Source: an uncultured Solirubrobacterales bacterium
GTDB taxonomy: Bacteria; Actinomycetota; Thermoleophilia; Solirubrobacterales; Solirubrobacteraceae
DNA: 64,000 bases
Reading direction: 5' to 3'
NCBI GenBank assembly: GCA_963789675.1
Contig: CAWBLR010000021.1
Coordinates: 19,585 to 83,584, forward strand
The translations under genes were made by a program, and so were the position numbers. How positions within the stretch are numbered: the stretch's first letter is position 1; each line of letters starts with the position of its first letter. The notes under the pieces are model-generated. The model was given only the letters and a program-made list of their open reading frames with translations, had not been told where the DNA came from and did no database searches. Shown in pieces: positions 1-10,480 of the stretch.

Positions 1-51
1 GGCTCGCGGCGGCCCAGCCGCCCAACCGCCAACCCGAGAGCGAGGAGACCG

Positions 52-3000
52 ATGCCCGCGACACACACTGAGACCCACTCCAGTCACGCCTCCCGAGTGG
101 CGCTGCTCGCGATCTTCGGGCTGCTCGCCGGCGCGATCCTGCTCGGCTCGCTGTCCGCCCGCGCGCAGGCTGAAACAGCGGTGACCGTGGGGCCGGCCGA
201 AGTCTCCACCGCACTCTTCGTGGCGGGCGACATCGCGCGACTCAGCAAGGTCCCGGGCGGCACCGAGGAACTCGTGCTCGAGAAGGCGCTGCAGCAGCTG
301 TACGCCGACGAACCGGCCCTCGCCCCGACCACGGCCGAGGGCTACATCGTTGAAATGAAAATCCTGCTGGCCGCCGCCTCGGCGCCTTCGCAGGCGAGCC
401 TTGAGCTGATGGCCGGAAACCAGCGGATCCTCGCGATCATCGCGGCGCTGGAGCGTCCCTATGGCTCGCCGGCGGTCGAACTGTCGTCGGCGGCGAAGCT
501 CGCCGTGACGCATCTCGCCGCCGTCGCGCTCTCCGGCTCCTCGGACATTTTCGCGAGCACTGAAAGCCCCAAGTACTTCGAACCCCAGGCCGACGCTCGC
601 ACGAACCTCACCTACACGACGTTCGCCCCGGCGACCGTGCTGCGGGCCACGCGCGAACTGGCCGCCGTCAACCGGCCGTTCGGGGAAGCCCGCGACGCGC
701 TGTGGAAGACGGCCAGCGAAGAGAGCGTGTTCTCCGAATGGGAAGCACTGCTCAGCGAAAGCAAGCAGGTGCTCGACACCGAAGCGCTGAAACAACTGCG
801 GGAAGCGATCGAAGCGGGCCACGGCTCGATCACGGAGGAACCGGAGCAGCTGACCGCGCTGTTCACGCAGGGCCAGCAGAGGACCCAGGAACAGGCTTGC
901 GAACACGCTGGCGGCCCAGGCGAAGAAGCAATCGGCGGGGAATCGATCAAAGGCATCCTCCCCCTCAAATGCAGCGGCGGAGCGCTGTATGAAGCCGCGC
1001 ATGCGCGCAGCTGCGGCGACAAGGAAGAATGCGAAGCGAAGCTGGTAAACGTACAGACCCAGGCTCAGAAGCAGGCGCGGATGATCGCCGAAGAGCGCGC
1101 CGCGATGATCGCCGCCGCCGAACTGCTGCGCCCCTCGGACAACACGGCAGCCGCGTTGCAGCAGGCCACGGCGCAGGCCCAGGCGCAGATCACCGAAGAC
1201 GAAACGGCGTACGCGAGCTACGAGGCCGAACAGGCTCAGAAGCAGGCCATCGCAAACGGCGTCAAGAGCGGCGCCCTGGGCGCCTCTGCCGCCCTCGCGA
1301 TCGGCACCGGCGACTACGCCGAAGGCATCAGCGGGCTCATCGGCGTGGCCTTCGAACTCTATGAACACACCGAAGAAGGGCTGCAAAAACCGCCGCCCGG
1401 TCCCCAGGAAATCACTCTGAAAGACCTGGCTGACGTCAGTACGCAGCTCGCGGGCTTCCAGCAGTACACCCAGGAAGCGTTCCACGCGCTCAACACGCAG
1501 CTGGCGGAGCTCACGTCGCAGCTGGCGCGGGAAAACTACGAACTCAAAGAAGAACTCGGCTCGCTGGGCGAAAAGCTCGAGAAAGAGCAGGGCACGATCT
1601 TTGCCCTGCAGGATCAGGTCAAGGAACTCTTTGCCGCCCAGACGAAAGCCGATCTTCAGACCACGATCGAAGACAGCGTCGGCTGGCTGAAGCGCACAGG
1701 CGAACCGCTGTCCGGGCCGAAGATCCAGGAATCCCTGGTTGCCCTGAAAAAATACGCGACCGAAATCGCCAACGGGGCGCTGGTCAACAACTCGGAAACC
1801 CAGCCCTACACCTTCGAAGGCGCCGGCCGCCAGTTGACGAGCAAAACGACCGGCGAACCCACGGAACTCAGCGAAGACATCACCTACCTCGGGCGCTTTC
1901 CAGCCGAACAGGGCTGGGTGACGGGCGCCTCACCGGCATCGCTCCCAAACACCACATTCTGGGCCGAAAGCGCGCGCGCCTACGCCCAGCTGCTGCTCGA
2001 AAACGCGAGCCACGCGACCATGCCTGACGTCGCCGGCCTCAAAGCGCTGGAAAAGGAAGGTCTGACGCTCGAGAACGCACAGGGGGCGTGGTCCGAGGCC
2101 TCGGGAGGCGTCAAAACGGGGAATGCTATCCTCGACAAGGCCCTCGGGCATTTCGAACAACAGGCGGACGGGCCCGAAGGCGTGGACGGCACGAGCTCGG
2201 TCGAAGAGCTGCTGAATGAAGCGGCCGGAAAATACACAATCCACAACCTGGTGACAGGGAGTCCGTCGTCACCGAGCAACCCGACGAACGTCAACCTCTG
2301 GGGTGGAGCGCAACAGTCCTTCGCCCCGGACGAGGTCGCGGCGGCTGAATACCCGGCCCTCAAATGGGAAGAATGCGCCGGCAGCGCCGGCAGCAACGAA
2401 AAACAGGAGATGCCCGAAGGCTTCCTCGCGAACCTGCCGGCGGTGCTCGTCAACGCAGTCAGGCTCGGGGTTGTCGGCGCCCCGGGCTCGAGCGACCCTC
2501 TCACCCTCAGCGCCTGCCGGACGATCTCGAAAACCAACTCTGTCGTATCCTCCGAAGAACAGCGCGGCCGTGAAACCTGTGGCGAAGGCCTGACCGAAGA
2601 AACGTGCAAAGAGGTCTACGAGTACGAAGCCAGGCTGGAACACGAAGCCGAAGTCGTCAGCGAGACGCTGACGTTGAAGGAAGGCGGCAACGTCCTGGCG
2701 TCACCGTCGATCGGGGAATGCCGGCAAACCGCGCTGTTCTGGACCGGCTTTGACCACGTTTACTCCGAAGACCCGACAGATTCAGAGTTCGACGATGTAC
2801 ACACCCCGTACCAAGAACTTGTGGACACGGGCTTCTCCGGGCGCCATGTCGGCTCGGTCACGGGTATTACCGCCAACGGCGATGAACAGAACCACTTCCC
2901 CAACCCGACGGCATTCGAAGGCGGCGTATGTCCCCACCTGCCGGCGTCGAGCGAAGGCGTGGGTATCGAGTATGCCGAATACAACTCGGCCGCCAAGCCG

Positions 3001-4884
3001 CTCGGCTCGGCGGAACCGACGCTCCTGGAAGATGTCAACGCAAAGCTGCGTGAACTCCAGGAGGGAGCGTACGGCGAAGGCCTGGAAATGCTGAAGAACC
3101 CGCCGAAGGGCGACCCCGCGGCCAGCCTCGCGGGCGCCAGGGCGCTCGTGCAGAGCTACGTAAAGCTCGGCTTCCCCCAAGCCGTGGCGAGCGATCCCAC
3201 GCTCCAGAGCGACATCGAGGGGATCGGCGCCCAGCTCCTCGACCCCGAACCGGGCAGCCCGCGACCCCTGCCGGAACAGCTTACGAGCCTGATCGGCAGC
3301 TGGATCAAACGGGTCCAAGGCTCCGGGGAATCAGAACCCGAACCGCTGATCGAAAAGGATCTGATCGGCGAAGTGGCGCAGCGCTCGTCGAAGTGGGCGG
3401 AAGAAATCACCGAACAGCTCAAGCCCTACGTCGAAGGCAAGGTCGAAGGCTTCAAGCAAGGCGGCACCGAAGCGGTGGGCGAGTCCTCGCCGCTGGTCGA
3501 ATCGACGCTGGACCGCCTGCAGCTGACCCGGGACGTGCTCGCGGAATCCAGGGCGCCGAGCGCTGAAACGCTGGCGCCGAGCAGCACCATCGGTACCACT
3601 GAAGCGACGGTCAGGGGTGAAGTCGACCCCAACGGCGGCGTGGTCGAATCGTGCGTCTTCGAATACGGAGCATCCGCGTTCTACGGCCACAGCGTCGAAT
3701 GCGCCGCGATCCCGGGCGACTCCGAAAAAGCGGTCGTGGTGTCGGCGAAGATCACGAACTGGACGCCGGAAGGCAGCTTCCACGAGCGGGTGGTCCTGAA
3801 GACCTGGGGCGGCACCACCTACGGTGAGGACGTCAAGGTGCAGCTGGCGCAGTCCGCGCAGGCGCCCGCCGGTCTGGTGATGGCCAGCACCGGCACAGCG
3901 GAAGCGACGATCGGCTCATTCAAAGCCGAAGCACTTCCGCCGAACGTCGAACTGCCCAGCGGTGCGACACAGATCGTCGGCTCGCTCAGATTCACCGTCA
4001 ACGTGACGCCCGGTGGCAGCGCGAGGGTGAAGATCGAACTGCCGGCCGGCAGCGCTCCCACGATGCTCTACAAGCTGGTGCACGTCGCGGGCGGCGGCGA
4101 AGAATACAAGGAAGTGCCCTCCTCGCTCTACACGATCACGGGCAACGTGATCGAACTCACGCTGGTGGACGGCGGCCCCGACGACGAAGACGGCGAAGTC
4201 AACGGGGTGATCGTCAACCCGCTCGTGCCGGTCCTCGCAACCCAGCAGCAAGCCCCCCCGCCGCCAGTCACGCCACCGGCGGTGCCGGTCACGCCACCGA
4301 CCGCGACATTCACGTCGCCGACCGCGCTGGTCACGCCACCGGCCGCGCCGGTCACGCCACCGACCGCGACGATCACCGCGCCGACCAAGGGCGGCCCCTT
4401 CACCGTGGGCGCGAACGTCACGACGAAATTCGACTGCGCCGAGGGCGCGGGCGGACCCGGGATCGCATCCTGCGTGGACTCCAACGGCGCCTCCGGCGGC
4501 GCGGGGAAGCTCGACACCGCCAAGCCCGGCAGTTACACGTATACGGTGACCGCCAAGAGCCGCGACGGCGAGAGCTCGCGGGACAGCTTCCAATACACCG
4601 TCGTCGCGCCACGCGAGTGCGTGAGCCACCGAGAGGTGGCGGTGCACGTGGGCTATCACGTGACGCTGCCGCCGGGAACGACGATTCAGAGCAGCATGAT
4701 CCTGCTGCGCGGGCGCGTCGTGGCCAAGCTGAGCGGCCCAGCGGAGGTCGCCGTTGTGAGCTTCGCGGGGCGGCACAAGGGCCCCTATCAGGTCACGCTC
4801 GTCGCGAAGCTGTCGAACGGGAAAACACGCAAGGTCACGCTCGTCTTCCACACCTGCACCGTGGCGCCGAAGCGGCATCGATAG
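52..4884 (+). CDS. Large secreted modular protein: helical/coiled-coil N-half with hydrophobic hairpin, FN3-like, choice-of-anchor-U-like, Pro-rich linker, Ig-like and basic C-terminal domains
   Basis: 1610-aa ORF after a GAGGAG RBS; signal peptide ending ARAQA; motifs ATVRGEVDPNG..CVFEYG (FN3-like), LTLVDGGPDDEDGEVNGVIVNP (choice-of-anchor-U-like), CVSHR...FHTC tail. Confidence 0.85.
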   Translation: MPATHTETHSSHASRVALLAIFGLLAGAILLGSLSARAQAETAVTVGPAEVSTALFVAGDIARLSKVPGGTEELVLEKALQQLYADEPALAPTTAEGYIVEMKILLAAASAPSQASLELMAGNQRILAIIAALERPYGSPAVELSSAAKLAVTHLAAVALSGSSDIFASTESPKYFEPQADARTNLTYTTFAPATVLRATRELAAVNRPFGEARDALWKTASEESVFSEWEALLSESKQVLDTEALKQLREAIEAGHGSITEEPEQLTALFTQGQQRTQEQACEHAGGPGEEAIGGESIKGILPLKCSGGALYEAAHARSCGDKEECEAKLVNVQTQAQKQARMIAEERAAMIAAAELLRPSDNTAAALQQATAQAQAQITEDETAYASYEAEQAQKQAIANGVKSGALGASAALAIGTGDYAEGISGLIGVAFELYEHTEEGLQKPPPGPQEITLKDLADVSTQLAGFQQYTQEAFHALNTQLAELTSQLARENYELKEELGSLGEKLEKEQGTIFALQDQVKELFAAQTKADLQTTIEDSVGWLKRTGEPLSGPKIQESLVALKKYATEIANGALVNNSETQPYTFEGAGRQLTSKTTGEPTELSEDITYLGRFPAEQGWVTGASPASLPNTTFWAESARAYAQLLLENASHATMPDVAGLKALEKEGLTLENAQGAWSEASGGVKTGNAILDKALGHFEQQADGPEGVDGTSSVEELLNEAAGKYTIHNLVTGSPSSPSNPTNVNLWGGAQQSFAPDEVAAAEYPALKWEECAGSAGSNEKQEMPEGFLANLPAVLVNAVRLGVVGAPGSSDPLTLSACRTISKTNSVVSSEEQRGRETCGEGLTEETCKEVYEYEARLEHEAEVVSETLTLKEGGNVLASPSIGECRQTALFWTGFDHVYSEDPTDSEFDDVHTPYQELVDTGFSGRHVGSVTGITANGDEQNHFPNPTAFEGGVCPHLPASSEGVGIEYAEYNSAAKPLGSAEPTLLEDVNAKLRELQEGAYGEGLEMLKNPPKGDPAASLAGARALVQSYVKLGFPQAVASDPTLQSDIEGIGAQLLDPEPGSPRPLPEQLTSLIGSWIKRVQGSGESEPEPLIEKDLIGEVAQRSSKWAEEITEQLKPYVEGKVEGFKQGGTEAVGESSPLVESTLDRLQLTRDVLAESRAPSAETLAPSSTIGTTEATVRGEVDPNGGVVESCVFEYGASAFYGHSVECAAIPGDSEKAVVVSAKITNWTPEGSFHERVVLKTWGGTTYGEDVKVQLAQSAQAPAGLVMASTGTAEATIGSFKAEALPPNVELPSGATQIVGSLRFTVNVTPGGSARVKIELPAGSAPTMLYKLVHVAGGGEEYKEVPSSLYTITGNVIELTLVDGGPDDEDGEVNGVIVNPLVPVLATQQQAPPPPVTPPAVPVTPPTATFTSPTALVTPPAAPVTPPTATITAPTKGGPFTVGANVTTKFDCAEGAGGPGIASCVDSNGASGGAGKLDTAKPGSYTYTVTAKSRDGESSRDSFQYTVVAPRECVSHREVAVHVGYHVTLPPGTTIQSSMILLRGRVVAKLSGPAEVAVVSFAGRHKGPYQVTLVAKLSNGKTRKVTLVFHTCTVAPKRHR
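4267..4386 (+). repeat. 21-nt period intragenic tandem repeat encoding a VTPPxxx Pro/Thr linker
   Basis: gtcacgccaccg recurs; peptide VTPPAVP-VTPPTAT-FTSPTAL-VTPPAAP-VTPPTAT-ITAPT, with a 63-nt higher-order unit. Confidence 0.9.
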
Positions 4885-5165
4885 CCGCCCACCGTCAACG
4901 GACGACCTTGAAGGCGAGCCGGCGAGATCGACCGCTCGCACGCCGAACTTGGTCGAGTAGGACGGCAAGGGCGAGAAGACCGCGGTCGATGTCGCGCTGC
5001 TGCCCGACTTCGAACTCTCCTAGGCTGTCGCCGGCTTTGGGATCGCCGACAACTTCGCCTACAGCAACGTCGTGCTCGGTCCCGACGGCAAGGAAATCGC
5101 CTACGCCGGCACCGACGGCAAGCTGCACGTCGCGAACTCGGCGACCCGGACGAGGACAGGCAGGC

Positions 5166-5343
5166 CGCGTCGTGGCCAAGCTGAGGGGCCCCGCGGAGGT
5201 CGGTGGTTCGCTTCGCCGCCGCTCACAAGGGCCCCTACGAGGTCACGATCGTCGCGAAGTTCTCACACGGGAAGACACGCAAAGTCACGATCGTCTTCCA
5301 CCCCTGCACCACCACCCACAAGCCGGCTACGCGCAAACGATAG
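5166..5343 (+). pseudogene. Degenerate copy of the C-terminal domain of the 52..4884 protein
   Basis: 5166-5310 aligns with 4714-4860 (cgcgtcgtggccaagctgag...cacaagggccccta...cgtcttccac.cctgcacc) with indels. Confidence 0.8.
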
Positions 5344-5516
5344 AACGACGAGAAGCAGCCCGGGCGGCCCTCCGCCGTCATCGCCGCGGCGGAGTGGGCG
5401 TCTTCGGAGTGGGCGCCCTGTAGACGCCCATGCCGGTGAAGTCGATCGTCCCGTCGGCGTGTTCGGGGTCACTTCCCTGGTGCGGTGGGCGCGGTTGACG
5501 CTGGCATTGCAGCTGA

Positions 5517-5852
5517 GCGAGCCGGGCAGCATCGCCCTGTGCTCGTCGTGGGGCGGGTCGTCGGCGCGGCTCAAAAACGACCGACGCGACCGCATCGGCG
5601 CCGGCGTCTGCGCAGCCGGCGGCGGCCGCCAAGCCCACCCCGAGACCGAAACGTAAACGGGGACGGCGCAAACGCGCCGGGCGTGCGCAGCAGGCACTGA
5701 GGCTGATCCGCGCCGAGCCCGGTGTCACGGTCTCCGAGCTCTCCGAGAAGATGGACGTAAAAGGGACCTACCTCTACAAGATTCTCCCGCCCTTGGAGCA
5801 AGCGGGCGAGATCGAGAAGCGCGACCGCGGCTGGTTTCCCAAGGCGGCGTGA
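5517..5852 (+). pseudogene. 5'-truncated paralogue of the basic wHTH protein at 43177..43716
   Basis: Frame reads ...GRAQQALRLIRAEPGVTVSELSEKMDVKGTYLYKILPPLEQAGEIEKRDRGWFPKAA*; upstream in-frame stop and no usable start; not in ORF track. Confidence 0.8.
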
Positions 5853-5889
5853 GGACCGGACGCCTGATGGCGCATCGTCGCGCGGTCGA

Positions 5890-6486
5890 TCAGGAGCGCC
5901 GTTGCAGTCGATGCCAGGTGGGCTGGATGTCGCCCAGCCAGCGGGGGAGTCTCACCGCGGTGTCTGGAGTGCTGGAGAGCAGCTCCCAGTCCTGGCCGAG
6001 ATGGCGTGTGAGTTCCTCGCCCGTGACTCCGCGTGGTCCCAGCCCGCGCCTGCGCGGCTGAAAGGCGAACATCAACAGCACAGCGCCGGGGCTGGCCACC
6101 GCGCTGACACCGCGCGCGTACCGGCCGCGCTGGTCGTCGGTGAAGTCGTGAAAGCAGCCTCGATCGAGCATCAAGTCGAAGTCCTCGCCGATGCCGAGTT
6201 GCTCGAGCCGGCAGACATCTCCCTGTACCCAGTTGACCTCGACCGCGCTCGACTCAGCACGCGCTCGCGCCTTGCCCAGAGCTTGTCCCACGCCGTCGAC
6301 GCCAGTGACCGTCCAGCCTTGCTGGGCCAGGTAAAGGGCGTCGCTCCCGGTGCCACAGCCGATGTCCAGTGCTCGCCCCACAGGCGTGGCCCATTCCTGC
6401 GTGAGGTTCTTCAGCTGCTCGGGAGCCTGATCGTGCTCCCACGGGGTGATGCCGAGCCGGTAGAGGATGCTGTAACGCTGAGCCAC
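5890..6486 (-). CDS. Class I SAM-dependent methyltransferase (TPMT-like)
   Basis: ALDIGCGTG motif I; VTGVD; LDRGCFH. Confidence 0.9.
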   Translation of the reverse strand: MAQRYSILYRLGITPWEHDQAPEQLKNLTQEWATPVGRALDIGCGTGSDALYLAQQGWTVTGVDGVGQALGKARARAESSAVEVNWVQGDVCRLEQLGIGEDFDLMLDRGCFHDFTDDQRGRYARGVSAVASPGAVLLMFAFQPRRRGLGPRGVTGEELTRHLGQDWELLSSTPDTAVRLPRWLGDIQPTWHRLQRRS

Positions 6487-6587
6487 CAGCCGGGAGTATC
6501 CCGCGAAGGGCGCATCAGCGCTTGCAGCCCGCGGCGTCGTGCAGCGGAACAGCGGTTAGAACCGTCGCAAGCACGTCCGCGCGCGAC

Positions 6588-7481
6588 TCAGCCCGTCTGT
6601 GCACGGGCGCGCTGCAGCTCTTGTGCGACCGTGGGGCGCTGGTTGTCGATCTGCAGGCGGCGTGCCAGCACTCCCACCGCCGCGGCGGGGTGTCCATCGA
6701 GTTGCAGCGCGCGACCCAGGTCATACAGCGCGTAGGCGTAGGTCAGGCACGTTTCGCCGGCGGGCTGAAGGCATTCCTCGAGGTGCGCGCCCGTCGCCGT
6801 CATGGCTCGGTTGAGGATCGGGACCGCTTCGCTGTATCGTCCCGCTTCCAGGAGTTCATGGCCCTGAGCCTCGAGCTGTGTCGCCAGCGTCTCGGACACG
6901 GGCGTCGCCGGGGGTGGTTGGCCGTGTGCCGTTCGCGTGCTGGGCGCTTGGCGGGTCGCGCCGCGTGCCGCGGCCGAGAGCGCCGGCGGCCGGTGCGGGC
7001 GGGAATGCGTGACGGCATTCGATGCTGGTCCGTGGCTTGTGTTCAGCTCGCCGAGCGCGAGCGCCGTGATCGCAACGAGCGCCGCGAGCAGTGCCGCCGG
7101 CGCCAGCCAGTGCGAGCTGCGCAAGCGCTCGCGGGCACGCGCGGCCCGGGCTGGCTGAGCGTCGGCCGACGACGCCCGGTCGCCGCGCGGCGTACATGTG
7201 CGGGTGGATGCGGGCGCCGTGGTCAGCCGCACGCCGGCAGCGCGCGCGTCGCGGATGTCGAACACGCACCGTTCGATCGGCGCACCGGCCAGCTCGAGCT
7301 CCGAGACGATACTCGCGGGGAACTCGATACCCGCGTGCTGCAACTCGGCGAAGCTCACCGGGGCGCCCTCCTCGTTGCGCAGCAGTTCGAGCAGCGTCGC
7401 CTGCTGGCGCTCGAGCGTCCCCGCACCGGGCTCTGCCGGCGCGCCCTGTACGACATCGCGATGTGCGAATAGCCTTGACAT
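6588..7481 (-). CDS. Single-pass membrane protein with C-terminal TPR
   Basis: ATG at 7481 with GGAG; TM segment WLAPAALLAALVAITALALG; TPR YAYALYDLGRALQLDGHPAAAV. Confidence 0.7.
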   Translation of the reverse strand: MSRLFAHRDVVQGAPAEPGAGTLERQQATLLELLRNEEGAPVSFAELQHAGIEFPASIVSELELAGAPIERCVFDIRDARAAGVRLTTAPASTRTCTPRGDRASSADAQPARAARARERLRSSHWLAPAALLAALVAITALALGELNTSHGPASNAVTHSRPHRPPALSAAARGATRQAPSTRTAHGQPPPATPVSETLATQLEAQGHELLEAGRYSEAVPILNRAMTATGAHLEECLQPAGETCLTYAYALYDLGRALQLDGHPAAAVGVLARRLQIDNQRPTVAQELQRARAQTG

Positions 7482-7994
7482 CACGGCTCCACCAACCTCG
7501 CTGGTCTGGCTCAATTCAACAGATTGTTCGAACTTATGGCACCTCGCGTCAACCACGCAACGTCTACAGAGCGATGCCCGCGAGCCTCGCTGGCGCGGCC
7601 CGCCATCTCGCATACCCGTTCGCGCGCGAGGTTGAACGCCGATCGTTCTCAGGGACGACGGCTGGCCCGATGTTCACGGGCCCTCCTAAGGACCCGTTCG
7701 AGCTGTGTGAAGAAGTCGTTCTACTTCCTCGAGGCGCATCGGTCTAGACTCCGCGGTGCCGTACACGGCTCGGCGTGTTCCCGTGGGTAGCCGTGGGAAC
7801 GCGTCGGGTCGCAGCCGGCAGCGAAGCGCTCGGGTTGTCTTATCCATGAGTAGGTTGAGTTGCCCGGCGTGGAGCGGTGAGGATCCGGAGTTAGTCGAGC
7901 CGGGTCCTCATCTTTTGGCCGATCCGATCCGCGAACTGCGGCTGAGCCATCTCGCCAACGGGCAGCCGGACGCTCGAGGCAGGCCGAGTGCCGG

Positions 7995-9047
7995 TTACGC
8001 CGGCTGCTTGACGATGCCTTGGTCGATCAGGCTCTGGGCGCAGTCGGTGATTGTCTCTGTGGTGGGGCGAGGCGACCATCCAAGCAGCGTCTTGGCCTTC
8101 TCGCTGGAGACGTCGGTTCTGCGGCCGAGCTGGCCCACGATCGAGCGGATGCCGGGATCAAAGATCGCCATCGCGCGCACGAGCACGTTCGGCACTCTCC
8201 GCGTCGGCACCCTCGCCGCCGCCTCGCCGAGCTCCTCACGAAGCACCTCGGCGACCTGCTCCATCCACCGGAAGGACTCCACCGCGATCAGACGCTCACC
8301 GCCCGCCTCGACGGCGGTCATCGCCCTGAGGTGAAGATCGGCGACGTCGCGGACATCGACGATGCTGAAACCGATCCGCGGCACCCCGGGCATCCCTTGC
8401 AGCAGCCGCTCGACCATCTCGATCGAGTAGGAGCGATCGTCGCTCAGCACGGGGCCGAGGATCGCGCCGGGGTTGACCACCGCCAGCTTCTCGCTCTCGC
8501 CGCGCTCGCGCACGAAATCCCAGGCCGCGCGCTCGGCGATCGTCTTCGAGCGCGCATACGGCGTCAGCCTCAGATCGTCGGGGTCGCTCCAGTCATCCTC
8601 AGTCAGCGGTCGCGACCCGGCCTGGAGACCACCACCGGTGATCGCCGCGACCGAGGAGGTCACGACGACGCGCCGCACCCCCGCATCGAGGCTCGCCGCG
8701 AGAACCCGCAGGGTTCCCTCCCGCGCCGGCACGATCAGCTCGTCAGGATCCTTCGGCTGCTGCGGCGGAAAGGGAGAAGCGACATGCAGGACGTAGTCGC
8801 ATCCACTGACGGCTTGCTCCCAACCATCGTCGCTGCGCAGATCCGCGGCTGCCACCGAGAGACGCCCGCCGCCGTCCGGCACCGACGACGCAATCGAGGC
8901 GCGCACGCGCGCCTCGATCGAGAGATCGCGCACGGTCGTGCGCACCCGATAGCCGCCGCGCAACAGCTCGATCACGCACCAGCTCCCCAAAAATCCCGAG
9001 CCACCCGTAACGAGAACCGTCTTCATCTGTGGCTCGGAGCTTTCCAT
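7995..9047 (-). CDS. NAD-dependent epimerase/aldehyde reductase (extended SDR)
   Basis: VLVTGGSGFLG, HVASP, TSSVAA, YARSK; start at 9047 or 9026. Confidence 0.92.
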   Translation of the reverse strand: MESSEPQMKTVLVTGGSGFLGSWCVIELLRGGYRVRTTVRDLSIEARVRASIASSVPDGGGRLSVAAADLRSDDGWEQAVSGCDYVLHVASPFPPQQPKDPDELIVPAREGTLRVLAASLDAGVRRVVVTSSVAAITGGGLQAGSRPLTEDDWSDPDDLRLTPYARSKTIAERAAWDFVRERGESEKLAVVNPGAILGPVLSDDRSYSIEMVERLLQGMPGVPRIGFSIVDVRDVADLHLRAMTAVEAGGERLIAVESFRWMEQVAEVLREELGEAAARVPTRRVPNVLVRAMAIFDPGIRSIVGQLGRRTDVSSEKAKTLLGWSPRPTTETITDCAQSLIDQGIVKQPA

Positions 9048-9172
9048 GGGAACGCAGCGAGTATGCCGTGTTTGGCCTTGGGCGGTCTTGGAACGGCGCT
9101 CGACGGTCCGTGGGGATGCTTGAGCCGGTCTACCCGAGGCGGTCCTCACCACGCGGGCTCTCGCGGGCCGCC

Positions 9173-10480
9173 CTACGCGACCGGCTGGGCGGAGGATCGC
9201 GTGGGAGCGCCCGCGACCTCCGCCGCTGCGCGAGCGCCAATCGCGGGCGCGAGCGCGAAGAAGGTAGCGGCGGGCACGAGCTGAGGCAGGCTCGCCGTCG
9301 GGCGACCCTGGATCAGATGGCGATGAACCAGCGCGTAGACCCCGAACGGAATCGCCTCGGCCGTCTGCGGTGAGCCCTCGTAGCCGGGCTCGAACAGCTT
9401 CATGAACGAGCGGATGCCCTCGTCGCGCGCCTGGAATGCTGCCGGCCCGGCCGCAAGCACCTCGACCGCTACCAGGCGTGCGAGCAGCGGCTCGTGGGCG
9501 AAAAAGCGCATCGTCGCGTCGATCACGGCACGTACAGCCCACGGCCAGTCGGGCATCGCCTGCTCATAGGCGGCTTCGGCGCTTGCGAGCGTGCGCTCGC
9601 GCGTCATCTCAAAGCAGGCCAGAAAGCAGCCTTCCTTGCCCTTGAACCGCTCATAGAGAACGCTGAGCGACGTTTTCGCGTGCGGTGCGAGCGCGTTGAC
9701 CGACACGTTGCGGTAGCCGCGCTGCGCGCTGAGCTCCGCGATCGCATACATCAGCCGCGTCTCAGGGTCATCGTCCTCTCGCCGGCGCCACGGGCGCACC
9801 AACGCACGCGAGCGCGCAAGCCGGCTGGGCGGCGCGGTGTAGCTGAGCGCCAGCTCGGCCATCTGCTCGGCGACCGCGGGCAGCTCGCCCTCCAGCCCCC
9901 GGCGCAGCCGGTCATGGATCAGCATGTGCATAGCGCCGACGATCGCGGCGGGTAGCGCCGCCGGCAGGCGCTCGCGGCGCGGGATGCCCGCCAGGCATTC
10001 GTTCAGCAGCAGCTCGCAGCTATGCGCGCCGCGCTCGGTGCGCCTGCTGCCGGCCTGGCCGACCTCATGTACATGCACGAGCACCATCCGCGCCGCCTGC
10101 GGCTGGCAGAGCACCAACTCGGCGACCTCCGCGAAGCCGGCGCGCACCATCTCCTCGGCGCTGCCCCCCCGATCGTTGACGGTGCTTGCGGCGCTGCGCA
10201 TCCGCTCAAGGCCGTGCTCATAGAGCGCGTCGACCGCTGCCAGGAAGCATTCTTCCTTGCTCGAGAACAGCTTGTAGAACTCAGTGCGCGCAACCCCGGA
10301 CTGCCGCGCAAGTTGGTCCATCCTCGCGGCGGCGTACCCGTCGCGGCCCGCAGTGGCGACCATCCAAGCGAAGATCCGCCGGCGCTGATGGCGCTCGGTC
10401 GCCGCCCGCCCGTTGGGCTGAACGCCGGGGCGCAAGCGCGCCCGTCGCAGATCATCGGTATCGCCCCAAGGTGTCCTCAT
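9173..10480 (-). CDS. Tandem (two-domain) TetR/AcrR regulator
   Basis: Two TetR HTHs: GYAAARMDQLARQSGVARTEFYKLFSSKEECFL and GYRNVSVNALAPHAKTSLSVLYERFKGKEGCFL. Confidence 0.85.
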   Translation of the reverse strand: MRTPWGDTDDLRRARLRPGVQPNGRAATERHQRRRIFAWMVATAGRDGYAAARMDQLARQSGVARTEFYKLFSSKEECFLAAVDALYEHGLERMRSAASTVNDRGGSAEEMVRAGFAEVAELVLCQPQAARMVLVHVHEVGQAGSRRTERGAHSCELLLNECLAGIPRRERLPAALPAAIVGAMHMLIHDRLRRGLEGELPAVAEQMAELALSYTAPPSRLARSRALVRPWRRREDDDPETRLMYAIAELSAQRGYRNVSVNALAPHAKTSLSVLYERFKGKEGCFLACFEMTRERTLASAEAAYEQAMPDWPWAVRAVIDATMRFFAHEPLLARLVAVEVLAAGPAAFQARDEGIRSFMKLFEPGYEGSPQTAEAIPFGVYALVHRHLIQGRPTASLPQLVPAATFFALAPAIGARAAAEVAGAPTRSSAQPVA

